The notes below the pieces were generated by a model, which saw only the letters and a program-made list of their open reading frames with translations, was not told the DNA's origin and made no database searches. A program made the position numbers and the translations under genes. From the NCBI GenBank assembly GCA_038852105.1, contig JAWCKK010000003.1:68819-132818 (forward strand): DNA of 64,000 bases, given 5' to 3'. Numbering within the stretch: the first letter of the stretch is position 1; each line of letters starts with the position of its first letter. The stretch is from Thermoplasmata archaeon. Its GTDB lineage: Archaea; Thermoplasmatota; Thermoplasmata; UBA10834; DTMW01. This document shows, piece after piece, positions 50,145 through 59,888 of the stretch.

Positions 50145-51509
50145 ATGAATGGAAGGGAAAAAAAGAGTAAAATCGTGGCAGGGGTAGCGGTTGCACTGAT
50201 GTGCTTGCTAGCTTTGTCAGTGCTTTCACCGACCGTAGAAGCCGCTTCCGCGAGTTGGACGATGTATCCTTTTTCTATGGGAGAGGGTAGAACCCAGGCG
50301 CTTGTTGCGCAGGATGAGAATGGAATCGTATACATTATGGCAGGATATAATGCCGTCCCAATGTCGGTCGATGGAAAATGCTATGCATACAACCCGGCAA
50401 CTGGATCATGGAAGAGTTTGGCTCCTTCGACTTGGTATGTTAGAGGCTCCTCGGGAGGGTTCGCCAATGATGGCAGATTGTACATGATTTCGGGATTTAG
50501 AGATTTATTACCGGGCCCATGGTATGCAACTCAGATATACAACGTCACGACGGATTCTTGGAGCCTTGGAGCGAATATCCCCATCCCCGTCTGGGAGGCC
50601 AAGAGCTTCAACACGGGCGATCACTTCTATGTGGTCGGCGGAGAGAGCACTGCCCATCCATACGAGACTGCAAACCAGATTTACAATGTTACCACGAACA
50701 CATGGTGGACGGGCGCCCCCTTACCTGTCGGCTTGACAAGTGGGGCTACGGTCACAGTAGGCGGATATGGATACTACTTTGGAGGGTTTAGCAATGGTCA
50801 TGCCGTTGACACGGTCTATCGCTACGACATAGCCAGTGACTCCTGGACACAAATGGCATCAATGCCGGCTCCCCTATGCGCTCACACCGCAATTGTCGGC
50901 CAGGATGGGCTTGTGTATGTTTTCGGCGGAGCGAACTACGCTTTGAATCAACCGCCAACAACGTACGGTGACGTTTATGTTTATAACATTGCAACCGACA
51001 GCTGGACAACGATTGACGATTTGAATGTTCCGCGTGCCTGGCTGGGATCCGCACTCTTTGACAACAAGATTCTCGCAATCGGAGGAAATGATGACACCAC
51101 GGTATTCTCAAGTGTCGAAGCATTCGACACCCTGCCGAGCCAGATTGCAATTCTCCAGGATCAGTTGACCTCGCTGCAGGGACAGCTTGCGGCGGCGAAC
51201 AACGATATTTCCAACCTTGAGGACGACATTTCTGACCTGACCGACGAGAACGCTGCTCTTAGACAGAAGATTCTCGACCTCTCGGCATTGCTGAACCAGA
51301 CAAATGAAGAGCTAGAGAATGCAATCAATGATGCGAACAATAATGCAGACAATGCAAAGGCCGCTGCGGATTCTGCAAACCTTATGGCATTGCTCGGAAT
51401 GGTGATCGGCGTTATAGCAATCTTAATTGCTATCGTCAGCATATTAGTGAGGCCCAAGAAGACAACGCCAGTCTTGATGCCTCAGCCGCCGGGTCCGCCG
51501 AGCAGCTAG
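50145..51509 (+). CDS. Secreted or surface Kelch-repeat beta-propeller protein with a coiled-coil stalk and C-terminal TM anchor (paralog 1)
   Basis: Signal peptide (VAGVAVALMCLLALSVLSPTVEAASA). Repeated Kelch blades with W/Y...GG...Y motifs. C-terminal heptad coiled coil (LQDQLTSLQGQLAAANNDISNLEDDISDL...) followed by a hydrophobic anchor and a basic tail. Confidence 0.7.
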   Translation: MNGREKKSKIVAGVAVALMCLLALSVLSPTVEAASASWTMYPFSMGEGRTQALVAQDENGIVYIMAGYNAVPMSVDGKCYAYNPATGSWKSLAPSTWYVRGSSGGFANDGRLYMISGFRDLLPGPWYATQIYNVTTDSWSLGANIPIPVWEAKSFNTGDHFYVVGGESTAHPYETANQIYNVTTNTWWTGAPLPVGLTSGATVTVGGYGYYFGGFSNGHAVDTVYRYDIASDSWTQMASMPAPLCAHTAIVGQDGLVYVFGGANYALNQPPTTYGDVYVYNIATDSWTTIDDLNVPRAWLGSALFDNKILAIGGNDDTTVFSSVEAFDTLPSQIAILQDQLTSLQGQLAAANNDISNLEDDISDLTDENAALRQKILDLSALLNQTNEELENAINDANNNADNAKAAADSANLMALLGMVIGVIAILIAIVSILVRPKKTTPVLMPQPPGPPSS

Positions 51510-51560
51510 GGTTCCTTAAACCCAGTTATATCGAAGAGGTCCGAAGGATCTCTTCCAATC

Positions 51561-51575
51561 CTTTCCTTTTTCTTG
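51561..51575 (+). terminator. T-rich tract after the first Kelch gene
   Basis: A 5-bp hairpin gggtt-cctta-aaccc follows the stop codon directly, then ctttcctttttcttg. Archaeal terminators are oligo-T. Confidence 0.3.
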
Positions 51576-51612
51576 ATTATTCTGTGCAGAGCCAAAGCTA
51601 TCAGTTGAAACA

Positions 51613-51718
51613 GAAAAATATGTCCGTGGCGCCTGATGAGAACCCTTTAGTGCTTGCAATCCCGCCTCGGCAATCGCCTCTGGCGGTATGGTGAGGAGAG
51701 ACTTTTGATATCTCCCCT
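51613..51718. repeat. Conserved 105-nt element, copy 1 (about 95% identical to copy 2 at 53626..53731)
   Basis: Seen directly by alignment. Contains a CUGAUGAG motif, a CCGCC...GGCGG stem and a terminal AGGAGAGA/UCUCCCCU hairpin. Differences between the copies fall in unpaired positions or loops. Confidence 0.7.
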
Positions 51719-51727
51719 AGTTCGCAG

Positions 51728-51835
51728 AAGTCAATCAATCTGCAATCTTCCTTTCAAATGCGCCTTGTTTATGAGTTGATTTGTATCTCCCGAGAAAAAT
51801 GCTGATGTTCCAATATATCGCATCATTGCCTTAGA
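51728..51835 (-). pseudogene. Decayed relic of a 16S rRNA 3' terminus
   Basis: Aligns at about 65-70% with the intact 16S 3' end at 53739..53840, for example ccttgtttatgagttga against ccttgttacgacttaa and catcattgccttag against catcatcactttag. It sits in the same position relative to copy 1 of the 105-nt element. Confidence 0.45.
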
Positions 51836-51950
51836 GATATCCTTATAACCTGACTTTATTATTACACGATTGCTAAGGATTTGTACGCATATCAATGCCA
51901 TATTCATTGATGCGTGCAATCTTCTATTAATTTGGTCGGAGACGATATGA

Positions 51951-53546
51951 ATGAATGAAAACAAGATTAGGGGATATTTATCGGCGTGCCTGGGCGCGAT
52001 GCTCATGCTTTCGTTTGTCCTTGCGACAATGCCGATTGCATCCGCAGCATTGCAGACTACTTGGGAATACGAAACGCCTTTGATGGCTGATCAGACACAA
52101 TCAGTTTTTGTCGCAGATAGAGCGAACGGGAACATCTATATCATCGGCGGTGCAGACGGTGTGACTCCCGGCATTAGCTATAAGAAGACATCAAATAACG
52201 TCACTGTTTATAATGTAGCGACTGGTCAATCGCATCATCTTGCGCCGTTACCAACAGGCACAAGGGCAGCAAGTGGAGGCCTCGGAGAAGATGGCAGAAT
52301 ATACATCTTTGGCGGATATAACGACTCAATAGGAACTTCGCTGGGCTATACCCAAATCTACGATATCGCAACTGATACCTGGACCATGGGCGCCTCAATG
52401 CCCACGGCATCGGGCTTCACTTCGTGTGCAGTTATCTGGCCTAAATTCTATGTCATAAGTGGCACGGCGACTATCGGGGTCCAAGTATACGATGCTTCGA
52501 CTGATTCGTGGTCTGCCGCTCCATCGCTCCCAGAGCAGAGAGTTGGTTCAACCGCGGTCTTCAATCCGCATGAATATGCAATATTCGTTATTGGTGGCGG
52601 TACCTGGTTTGATACGGCATCCGATACCGTGTACAAATGGTACCCATGGAGCAGCGCATGGACCACTGTATCTTCTCTTCCCATGGCTCGCTCAGCATCG
52701 GCGGCTACGGTGGGAGAAGACGGATTGATCTACGTCGCGGGCGGTTCGGATAAGGGATATAACGTGGTCGGCGATGTATTCGCGGAAGTATTTTGCTTCA
52801 ACCCGGAAAATGACACTTGGTTTTCCGCATCTAGTCTAAACCTTCCGAGAAAGTATCTCGGCCTGGTATCTATGCCGGACGGAATGATATATGCTATCGG
52901 AGGCAACAATAAGACGGCAATATTCCCAACAGTCGAATCTCTTAAGCCTCTTGATGAAACGGTCTGGCTTTCGGCCTCTTCCGTCGAGAAGGGAAGCCAT
53001 CTCTTTGTAAACTTCAAGTTAGAGTCCGCGTATGCTATCCATGAATCATCTAATGCGTATTATTACATAGAATCAAGCACTGGTGTTGTCTATCCTTGGA
53101 ATTGGATAGATTTCCCAGCCGGACTCGCTTCTCTTCCCATTGAGATTCCTGTATCTATGCCGGTCGGAAGCTATGAACTCCACATCCATTGGGAAGCAAA
53201 TTTTGATACTGCAGCAGACTGGTACATCGGAGAAAGAGTCTTGATTTTCAGTGTGACACAGGGAACACAGCTAACAGATTTATCTGATCAGCTGGACGAT
53301 TTAAAGGAACAAATTGGTGATTTGCAGGAGAAGCTTAATGCGCTGAACAGTTCCTTGAATCAGAAGACGGACAATCTCTCTGACGAGATGGACAGCCTGG
53401 GAAATGAATTGGGACAATCGGTCGATGACGCATCCAATGCCGCGAATTCGGCCAATACGATGGCAATGCTTGCGATGATTCTCGCACTGATAGCAGTGAT
53501 ACTCATCGCGCTCAATCTTGTCATCAGCATGCGCAAGAAGAGCTAA
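51951..53546 (+). CDS. Secreted or surface Kelch-repeat beta-propeller protein with a coiled-coil stalk and C-terminal TM anchor (paralog 2)
   Basis: Signal peptide (LSACLGAMLMLSFVLATMPIASAALQ), Kelch blades, an extra central domain, a C-terminal coiled coil (LSDQLDDLKEQIGDLQEKLNALNSSLNQK...) and a TM anchor. The leaderless ATG is about 25 nt after TATA-like cttctattaattt. Confidence 0.7.
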   Translation: MNENKIRGYLSACLGAMLMLSFVLATMPIASAALQTTWEYETPLMADQTQSVFVADRANGNIYIIGGADGVTPGISYKKTSNNVTVYNVATGQSHHLAPLPTGTRAASGGLGEDGRIYIFGGYNDSIGTSLGYTQIYDIATDTWTMGASMPTASGFTSCAVIWPKFYVISGTATIGVQVYDASTDSWSAAPSLPEQRVGSTAVFNPHEYAIFVIGGGTWFDTASDTVYKWYPWSSAWTTVSSLPMARSASAATVGEDGLIYVAGGSDKGYNVVGDVFAEVFCFNPENDTWFSASSLNLPRKYLGLVSMPDGMIYAIGGNNKTAIFPTVESLKPLDETVWLSASSVEKGSHLFVNFKLESAYAIHESSNAYYYIESSTGVVYPWNWIDFPAGLASLPIEIPVSMPVGSYELHIHWEANFDTAADWYIGERVLIFSVTQGTQLTDLSDQLDDLKEQIGDLQEKLNALNSSLNQKTDNLSDEMDSLGNELGQSVDDASNAANSANTMAMLAMILALIAVILIALNLVISMRKKS

Positions 53547-53576
53547 ACGGAGCATTTTCCAAACCCTTTCCGATAT

Positions 53577-53594
53577 CTCTTCTTTTTGTTTTCT
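53577..53594 (+). terminator. Oligo-T tract after the second Kelch gene
   Basis: tctcttctttttgttttc lies about 30 nt after the stop. Confidence 0.35.
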
Positions 53595-53625
53595 ATGGAA
53601 ATCTTGAGCTTTATCTGGTCATATA

Positions 53626-53731
53626 GAAAAATATGTCCGTGGCGCCTGATGAGAACTCTTTAGTGCTTGCAATCCCGCCTTGGCAATCGCCTGTGGCGGT
53701 ATGGTGAGGAGAGACTTGTGGTCTCCCCTCG
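53626..53731. repeat. Conserved 105-nt element, copy 2, abutting the 3' end of the 16S rRNA gene
   Basis: About 95% identical to 51613..51718 and ends 7 nt before the 16S 3' terminus on the plus strand. Confidence 0.7.
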
Positions 53732-53738
53732 GTTTCGT

Positions 53739-55206
<1,468 letters not shown>

Positions 55207-55515
55207 TGTTGGTTGATTTCGCCGACATCTCTCGATTCTATTCGGTCGCCAAATCCGGCAACTGCCGTTTGCTGGCGGAGTTACAAGTTTCACCGAATAT
55301 GCGTAGTATTCCCTGCATCATGCATATGCTGCATGCGCACAGAATCGCCATTATTCTCATCAAGCGTCAGAATCAAGAGGGCACGGCACAAAGCCGGATA
55401 TCTTGATCCTCCACGTTGTCCGCAGCGCAGGAAACCAGATTGTTCACCAGTTGGGCGACGCGCCCCAATCCCAATCTTCGCCAATAGCGCTGCCAATCAA
55501 TTGGGCGTTGCCCTC

Positions 55516-55529
55516 TAAGACAGCACCTG
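55516..55529. promoter_or_regulatory. Possible bidirectional TATA element (cctgtataaatgcg) upstream of the 16S gene and/or the MttB leader
   Basis: AT box about 310 nt upstream of the 16S 5' end on the minus strand. It also reads as a TATA on the plus strand about 350 nt before the mttB-like gene. Confidence 0.25.
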
Positions 55530-55874
55530 TATAAATGCGTTTCTGATTCGAAACGTCATTTCAGGAGCTATCTCTATCAACGCCCCCGAGATACAATCTT
55601 TGTCGTTTCTGGGATATTAATTTTTCTTTTATTCGGACGAGTTATTGAATCTGCAGCATCTCATTCGTGCAAGCGTCTGCTTGTCCATATTTGCAGCGTC
55701 AAAATTCATTTCGGAGCTTTTGCACTCATCGCTCCGATTTCTTCTGGAAAAGCAATGAGATGTTTTGCGAATCGAAATCCTAAGCTTTTTCTAAATGGTC
55801 AGCATACGACCAGCGAGCCGATTCAATATCGCGGTCGGTGCGGCGGGGAAGAACGCAATTGGAGGTGAACAACC

Positions 55875-57308
55875 TTGGCAATCGCTCGATTCAGATTTCT
55901 GGACAAGAACGAGGAGGACATCATACACCAACAGAGCGTCAGATGTCTCGGTGAGGTAGGCATTGCCGTCAGAAGCAAGCAGGTGCAGCAGATGCTTGCG
56001 GACGCGGGGGCCGAAGTCGACGGCAAGTCCGGCATAGTAAAGATTCCCGAGTCTCTGATAGACGATTCGGTGCGAAAGGCTCCGAAGAGCTTCACGCTTC
56101 ATGCCAGGAATTCAAAATACGATCTTCACCTGCCGGTAGACGGCATACCTTATGTCGGCACCACGGGCTTGTCGATACATATGACCGACATAGACACGGG
56201 AGAGCAGAGGATGGCAACTCGCAAGGACCTTGTAGATTTCGCGAGGCTCGGCGACGCTCTCGAGGAGGTCGATTTCATGTGGAGCATGATTATCCCGCGC
56301 GATGTGCCGCAGGAGGTGCATACCGCATACGAGCTCTGGATATCTATGACAAACTGCTCGAAGCACTTCCAGCAGATTGAGTGCAGGAACGCCGAGGATG
56401 CGAGAATGCAGATAAAGCTCGGTTCGCTGCTGGCAGGAGGGGAGAAGGAGCTTCGGAAGCGCCCGATATTCTCCGTTCTCATTTCGCCCGATTCACCATT
56501 GGTCATGCGCAAGGATGCGGCCGAAGCGCAGGTAGAGCTCGCAAAGGCCGGTATCCCGATAATCTCGATGACAATGCCTCTTTCGGGCCTCACCGCACCG
56601 ATCACCATTGCCGGCACGCTGGTTATCGTCAATGCCGAGAACCTGGCCAGTCTTGTCGTCACTCAGCTTGCCTCTCCTGGCAATCCTCATATCTATGCCT
56701 CAGACGCCGTCCCGGGCGATATGGCGACCGGCGATGTCGGATATGAATCTCCCGAGGTGCCTGCAATGTTCGCCGGGATGGCGCAGATGGCTCGGAGATA
56801 CGGTCTCCCGTGCATCTGCGGGGATTGGGGACTCTGCTCGGGTTCCACGCCGGGGATACACAAGTCGTTCTCGGAGGTCTCGAGCACCGCGCTCGACACA
56901 TTCTCCGGAACTGACATGATATCAGGCATCGGTTCGACCGATGTGGCAAAGGGATCTTCCTTGGAGCAGATGGTAATCGACGCGTTCATGTGGAAAAACT
57001 GGAAAGGATTTCTGAGAAAATTCACGATCGATGAGCAATCTGCCGCTCTGGATGTCATAAAGGCGGTCGGACACGGCAACACATTCCTGACGCACCCTCA
57101 TACTCTCCGGAACTTCCGGAAGGAACTTTATTTCAGGGACGCGAAGGTGTCCGCCTGGGAAATGACGCTTTCGGACAAGATGGTGCCGGAAGCGCGCGAG
57201 ATCGCCAAGAAGATACTCAAGGAGTATTCCCCTGAGCCGATGGATAAATCCATCCTTTCAGAAGGCGAGCGCCTCATCAGAGAATACGAGAAGAAGTTCG
57301 CGGGATAG
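55875..57308 (+). CDS. MttB-superfamily methyltransferase (trimethylamine methyltransferase family, non-pyrrolysine member), paralog 1
   Basis: 477 aa, uninterrupted by TAG. N-terminus MAIARFRFLDKNEEDIIHQ. Internal conserved blocks (SDxxPGDMATGDVGYESPE) match the COG5598 fold. TTG start 6 nt after GGAGGTGAA. Confidence 0.8.
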   Translation: MAIARFRFLDKNEEDIIHQQSVRCLGEVGIAVRSKQVQQMLADAGAEVDGKSGIVKIPESLIDDSVRKAPKSFTLHARNSKYDLHLPVDGIPYVGTTGLSIHMTDIDTGEQRMATRKDLVDFARLGDALEEVDFMWSMIIPRDVPQEVHTAYELWISMTNCSKHFQQIECRNAEDARMQIKLGSLLAGGEKELRKRPIFSVLISPDSPLVMRKDAAEAQVELAKAGIPIISMTMPLSGLTAPITIAGTLVIVNAENLASLVVTQLASPGNPHIYASDAVPGDMATGDVGYESPEVPAMFAGMAQMARRYGLPCICGDWGLCSGSTPGIHKSFSEVSSTALDTFSGTDMISGIGSTDVAKGSSLEQMVIDAFMWKNWKGFLRKFTIDEQSAALDVIKAVGHGNTFLTHPHTLRNFRKELYFRDAKVSAWEMTLSDKMVPEAREIAKKILKEYSPEPMDKSILSEGERLIREYEKKFAG

Positions 57309-57322
57309 AAAGGGCGAGAGAT

Positions 57323-58750
57323 ATGGCTGTCACAAGACTTAAGTTCCTGTGCAAGGACGAGGAGGAGATTGTTCATTCGCTAACGCTCAGGGTGCTCGAG
57401 ACCATCGGCGTGTTGATTCGGAGCAAAGAAGTCCTGACGATGCTCGATAATGCGGGAGCGGCCGTCGATTTCAAATCGGGGATCGCCAGAATTCCGGAAA
57501 GCCTTGTCAAGGAATCACTGGCAAAGGCTCCGAAGAGCATCAGGATGTGCGCTCGGAACAAGAAATACGATATGCATCTTCCCGTTGACGCGGTTCCTTA
57601 TTGTGCGACAACGGGTTTGGCCATATACATGAAAGACATGGAAACCGGAGAGCAGAGGGAGACGACACGAGCAGATCTCGCGCAGTTCGCCAAGCTCGCG
57701 GATGCGCTACCACAGGTGGATTTCTTCTGGCCCTCTGTCACGGCGGGAGACGTACCGCAACAGATACACACGATACATGAGCTATGGGTTTCGTTGCAGA
57801 ATCAGACAAAGCACATCCAGGGGGATTCGGTGAGCGCGATTGATGCCCGAAAGCAGATTGAGCTAGCATCCATGGTCGTCGGCGATGAGGATGAACTGAG
57901 GAAGCGCCCGATATTCTCGGTCGTGTCATGCCCGATAGCCCCCCTGTCCTTCGAGCGAGGCGCAATCGAGGGGCAAGTCGAGTTTGCAAAGGCGGGGATC
58001 CCCGTCTGTTCATTGTCTATGTCTCTTTCTGGTGGTTCCGCGCCGATAACGATGGCCGGGACGATAGTCAACGCGAATGCTGAGAACCTCGCGAGCCTCG
58101 TGATAACTCAGATTGCGTCTCCCGGCGCTCCGCACATTTACGGTTCCAACTCAAGCCCGATTAGCATGCAAACCGGGAACATCAATTACGAGGCGGTCGA
58201 GACCCCGATGATCGCCGCCGCGGCCGGCCAAATGGCGAGACGATATGGTCTCCCATCTCAGGTTGCAGACTGGGGCGTCGATGCGGATGACATCGGCGTG
58301 ATGAAATCCATATGCGAACTGACAAGCACCGCTCTCACCATGTTCGCCAACTCCGATTTATCCCAAGGATTCGGCTCGTTCCAATCAGCGAAGGGCGCAT
58401 CTCTTGAGCAGATGGTCATCGACGCGTATATGTGGGAGAACTACCGCGCGTTCATGAGGAAGATAGTCGTGAGCGAGGAGACTGCCGCCTTGGACGTCAT
58501 AAAGGCGGTGGGCCAGGGAGGCACGTTCCTGACCAATCCCCACACCATGCGTAACTTCAAGAAGGAGCTGTATTTCCGCGATAAGAAAAAGCTTGCATGG
58601 GAGGCGACCCTTTCAAACAAGATGGTCCCAGAAGCGAGAGAGATAGCCAGGAGACTGCTCAGGGAGCATTCAGTCACCCCCATAGACAAGGACATTATCA
58701 AGAGAGGGGACCAGCTCATCAAAGAATATGAGCGGACGATGATTGCCTGA
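57323..58750 (+). CDS. MttB-superfamily methyltransferase (non-pyrrolysine member), paralog 2
   Basis: 475 aa. N-terminus MAVTRLKFLCKDEEEIVH is homologous to paralog 1. There is no in-frame amber codon. Confidence 0.8.
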   Translation: MAVTRLKFLCKDEEEIVHSLTLRVLETIGVLIRSKEVLTMLDNAGAAVDFKSGIARIPESLVKESLAKAPKSIRMCARNKKYDMHLPVDAVPYCATTGLAIYMKDMETGEQRETTRADLAQFAKLADALPQVDFFWPSVTAGDVPQQIHTIHELWVSLQNQTKHIQGDSVSAIDARKQIELASMVVGDEDELRKRPIFSVVSCPIAPLSFERGAIEGQVEFAKAGIPVCSLSMSLSGGSAPITMAGTIVNANAENLASLVITQIASPGAPHIYGSNSSPISMQTGNINYEAVETPMIAAAAGQMARRYGLPSQVADWGVDADDIGVMKSICELTSTALTMFANSDLSQGFGSFQSAKGASLEQMVIDAYMWENYRAFMRKIVVSEETAALDVIKAVGQGGTFLTNPHTMRNFKKELYFRDKKKLAWEATLSNKMVPEAREIARRLLREHSVTPIDKDIIKRGDQLIKEYERTMIA

Positions 58751-58763
58751 GCGTTTTACTCTC

Positions 58764-59867
58764 TTATTGCCTTCGGACTATTATCGTCAGAATGTCTCCA
58801 TCGGCCAATACATGATCGAGCCCCACTATCTGTCCTGGGAATTTCGCGCTCTTTCCCCATACCTGGGCGTATCTGAACTTTTTGCGGAACTCCCGGTGCA
58901 GCGCGTCGCAGACACCGCCAACATCCGTGCCTTTCCGTATAACGAGAGGCTCTTCCATGTCCGCCTCCTTTCCCTGAGGCTTCATATATACTCTGACGAG
59001 ATCGAGGGCCTCGAATATCCTGTCCTTTACAAGCTCGATATTCTCGTTCTTCTCAGCGGATATCGGGACGACCTGCCAATCCTTGAATCTCTTCTGGATC
59101 TCAGCAAGGTATGGCTCGTTCACAAGATCTATCTTGTTGATGACGACGATCGCCTTGGCGTAATGCCTGTTTTTCGCGAGCGCGTCTATCAACCGGTCCT
59201 CGTCCACGTCCTCCCTGATCACGACGGCTGCATTTGCGATTCCAAACTCCCTCAGCATCTCTCTAACGAGGTCCTCGTCGATCCTCGTCAGCTTCACGGT
59301 TGAATTGACATCTATTCCTCCGCGTGTCCTCCGCGATATTTGAACATCCGGAGGTCTCGTGTTCAGCCTTATCCCAGCAGCGTAAAGCTCGTCGAGCAGC
59401 ACGTTGAGGTTAGTCTCGAACACGTCTATCATCAAGACGATGAGATCGGCAGACCTAACGACTGAGATAATCTCCTTGCCCCTCCCCCTCCCTTTCGATG
59501 CGTCTCTAATAAGTCCCGGAAGGTCAAGTACCTGGATCTTCGCCCCTCTATACTCCAGAAGGCCGGGCACGACATCTAGCGTGGTAAAATCATATGCGCC
59601 GACCTCGCTCCTTGCATTCGTAATCCTGTTCAAAAGGGTGGACTTGCCGACGCTCGGGAACCCCACAAGAGCGACCGTTGCGTTCCCTGATTTCTTCACA
59701 GCATAGCTTGGACCCGCGCTCTTCTTTGACCTGCGCTTCTCCGTCTCTTCCTTGAGATGAGCCAGCTTGGCCTTCAGCCTGCCAATATGGTGCTGAGATT
59801 TCTTGTTATAAGGCGTGTTGCGGATTTCCTCTTCTATCTGCTTGATCTGCTCTTCGATAGTCGCCAT
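58764..59867 (-). CDS. Developmentally regulated GTP-binding protein (DRG/Rbg family, Obg-like GTPase with TGS domain)
   Basis: G1 GFPSVGKST, G3 DLPG, G4 NKID, and a C-terminal TGS-like domain. Confidence 0.85.
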   Translation of the reverse strand: MATIEEQIKQIEEEIRNTPYNKKSQHHIGRLKAKLAHLKEETEKRRSKKSAGPSYAVKKSGNATVALVGFPSVGKSTLLNRITNARSEVGAYDFTTLDVVPGLLEYRGAKIQVLDLPGLIRDASKGRGRGKEIISVVRSADLIVLMIDVFETNLNVLLDELYAAGIRLNTRPPDVQISRRTRGGIDVNSTVKLTRIDEDLVREMLREFGIANAAVVIREDVDEDRLIDALAKNRHYAKAIVVINKIDLVNEPYLAEIQKRFKDWQVVPISAEKNENIELVKDRIFEALDLVRVYMKPQGKEADMEEPLVIRKGTDVGGVCDALHREFRKKFRYAQVWGKSAKFPGQIVGLDHVLADGDILTIIVRRQ

Positions 59868-59888
59868 TTCTGTGTCACTTGCGAGAAA

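Noticed and set aside
51613-51718. Hammerhead ribozyme, C/D-box sRNA or tRNA interpretation of the 105-nt element
   Set aside because: A CUGAUGAG core is present. However, there is no downstream GAAA after a stem II, no CUGA D box paired with a terminal stem, and no T-loop GTTCRA motif. The 24-codon ORF MSVAPDEN... differs between the copies only by nonsynonymous changes, so it is unlikely to be a peptide.
51731-52006. 91-aa minus-strand ORF between the two Kelch genes
   Set aside because: It overlaps the decayed 16S relic and the start of the second Kelch gene. It is AT-rich and of low complexity, with no start context, so it is spurious.
55875-58750. Pyrrolysine (TAG read-through) in the MttB homologs
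   Set aside because: Both ORFs are full length with no internal amber codon. TAG is used as an ordinary stop by neighbouring genes (rpoP, the first Kelch gene, the first MttB paralog).
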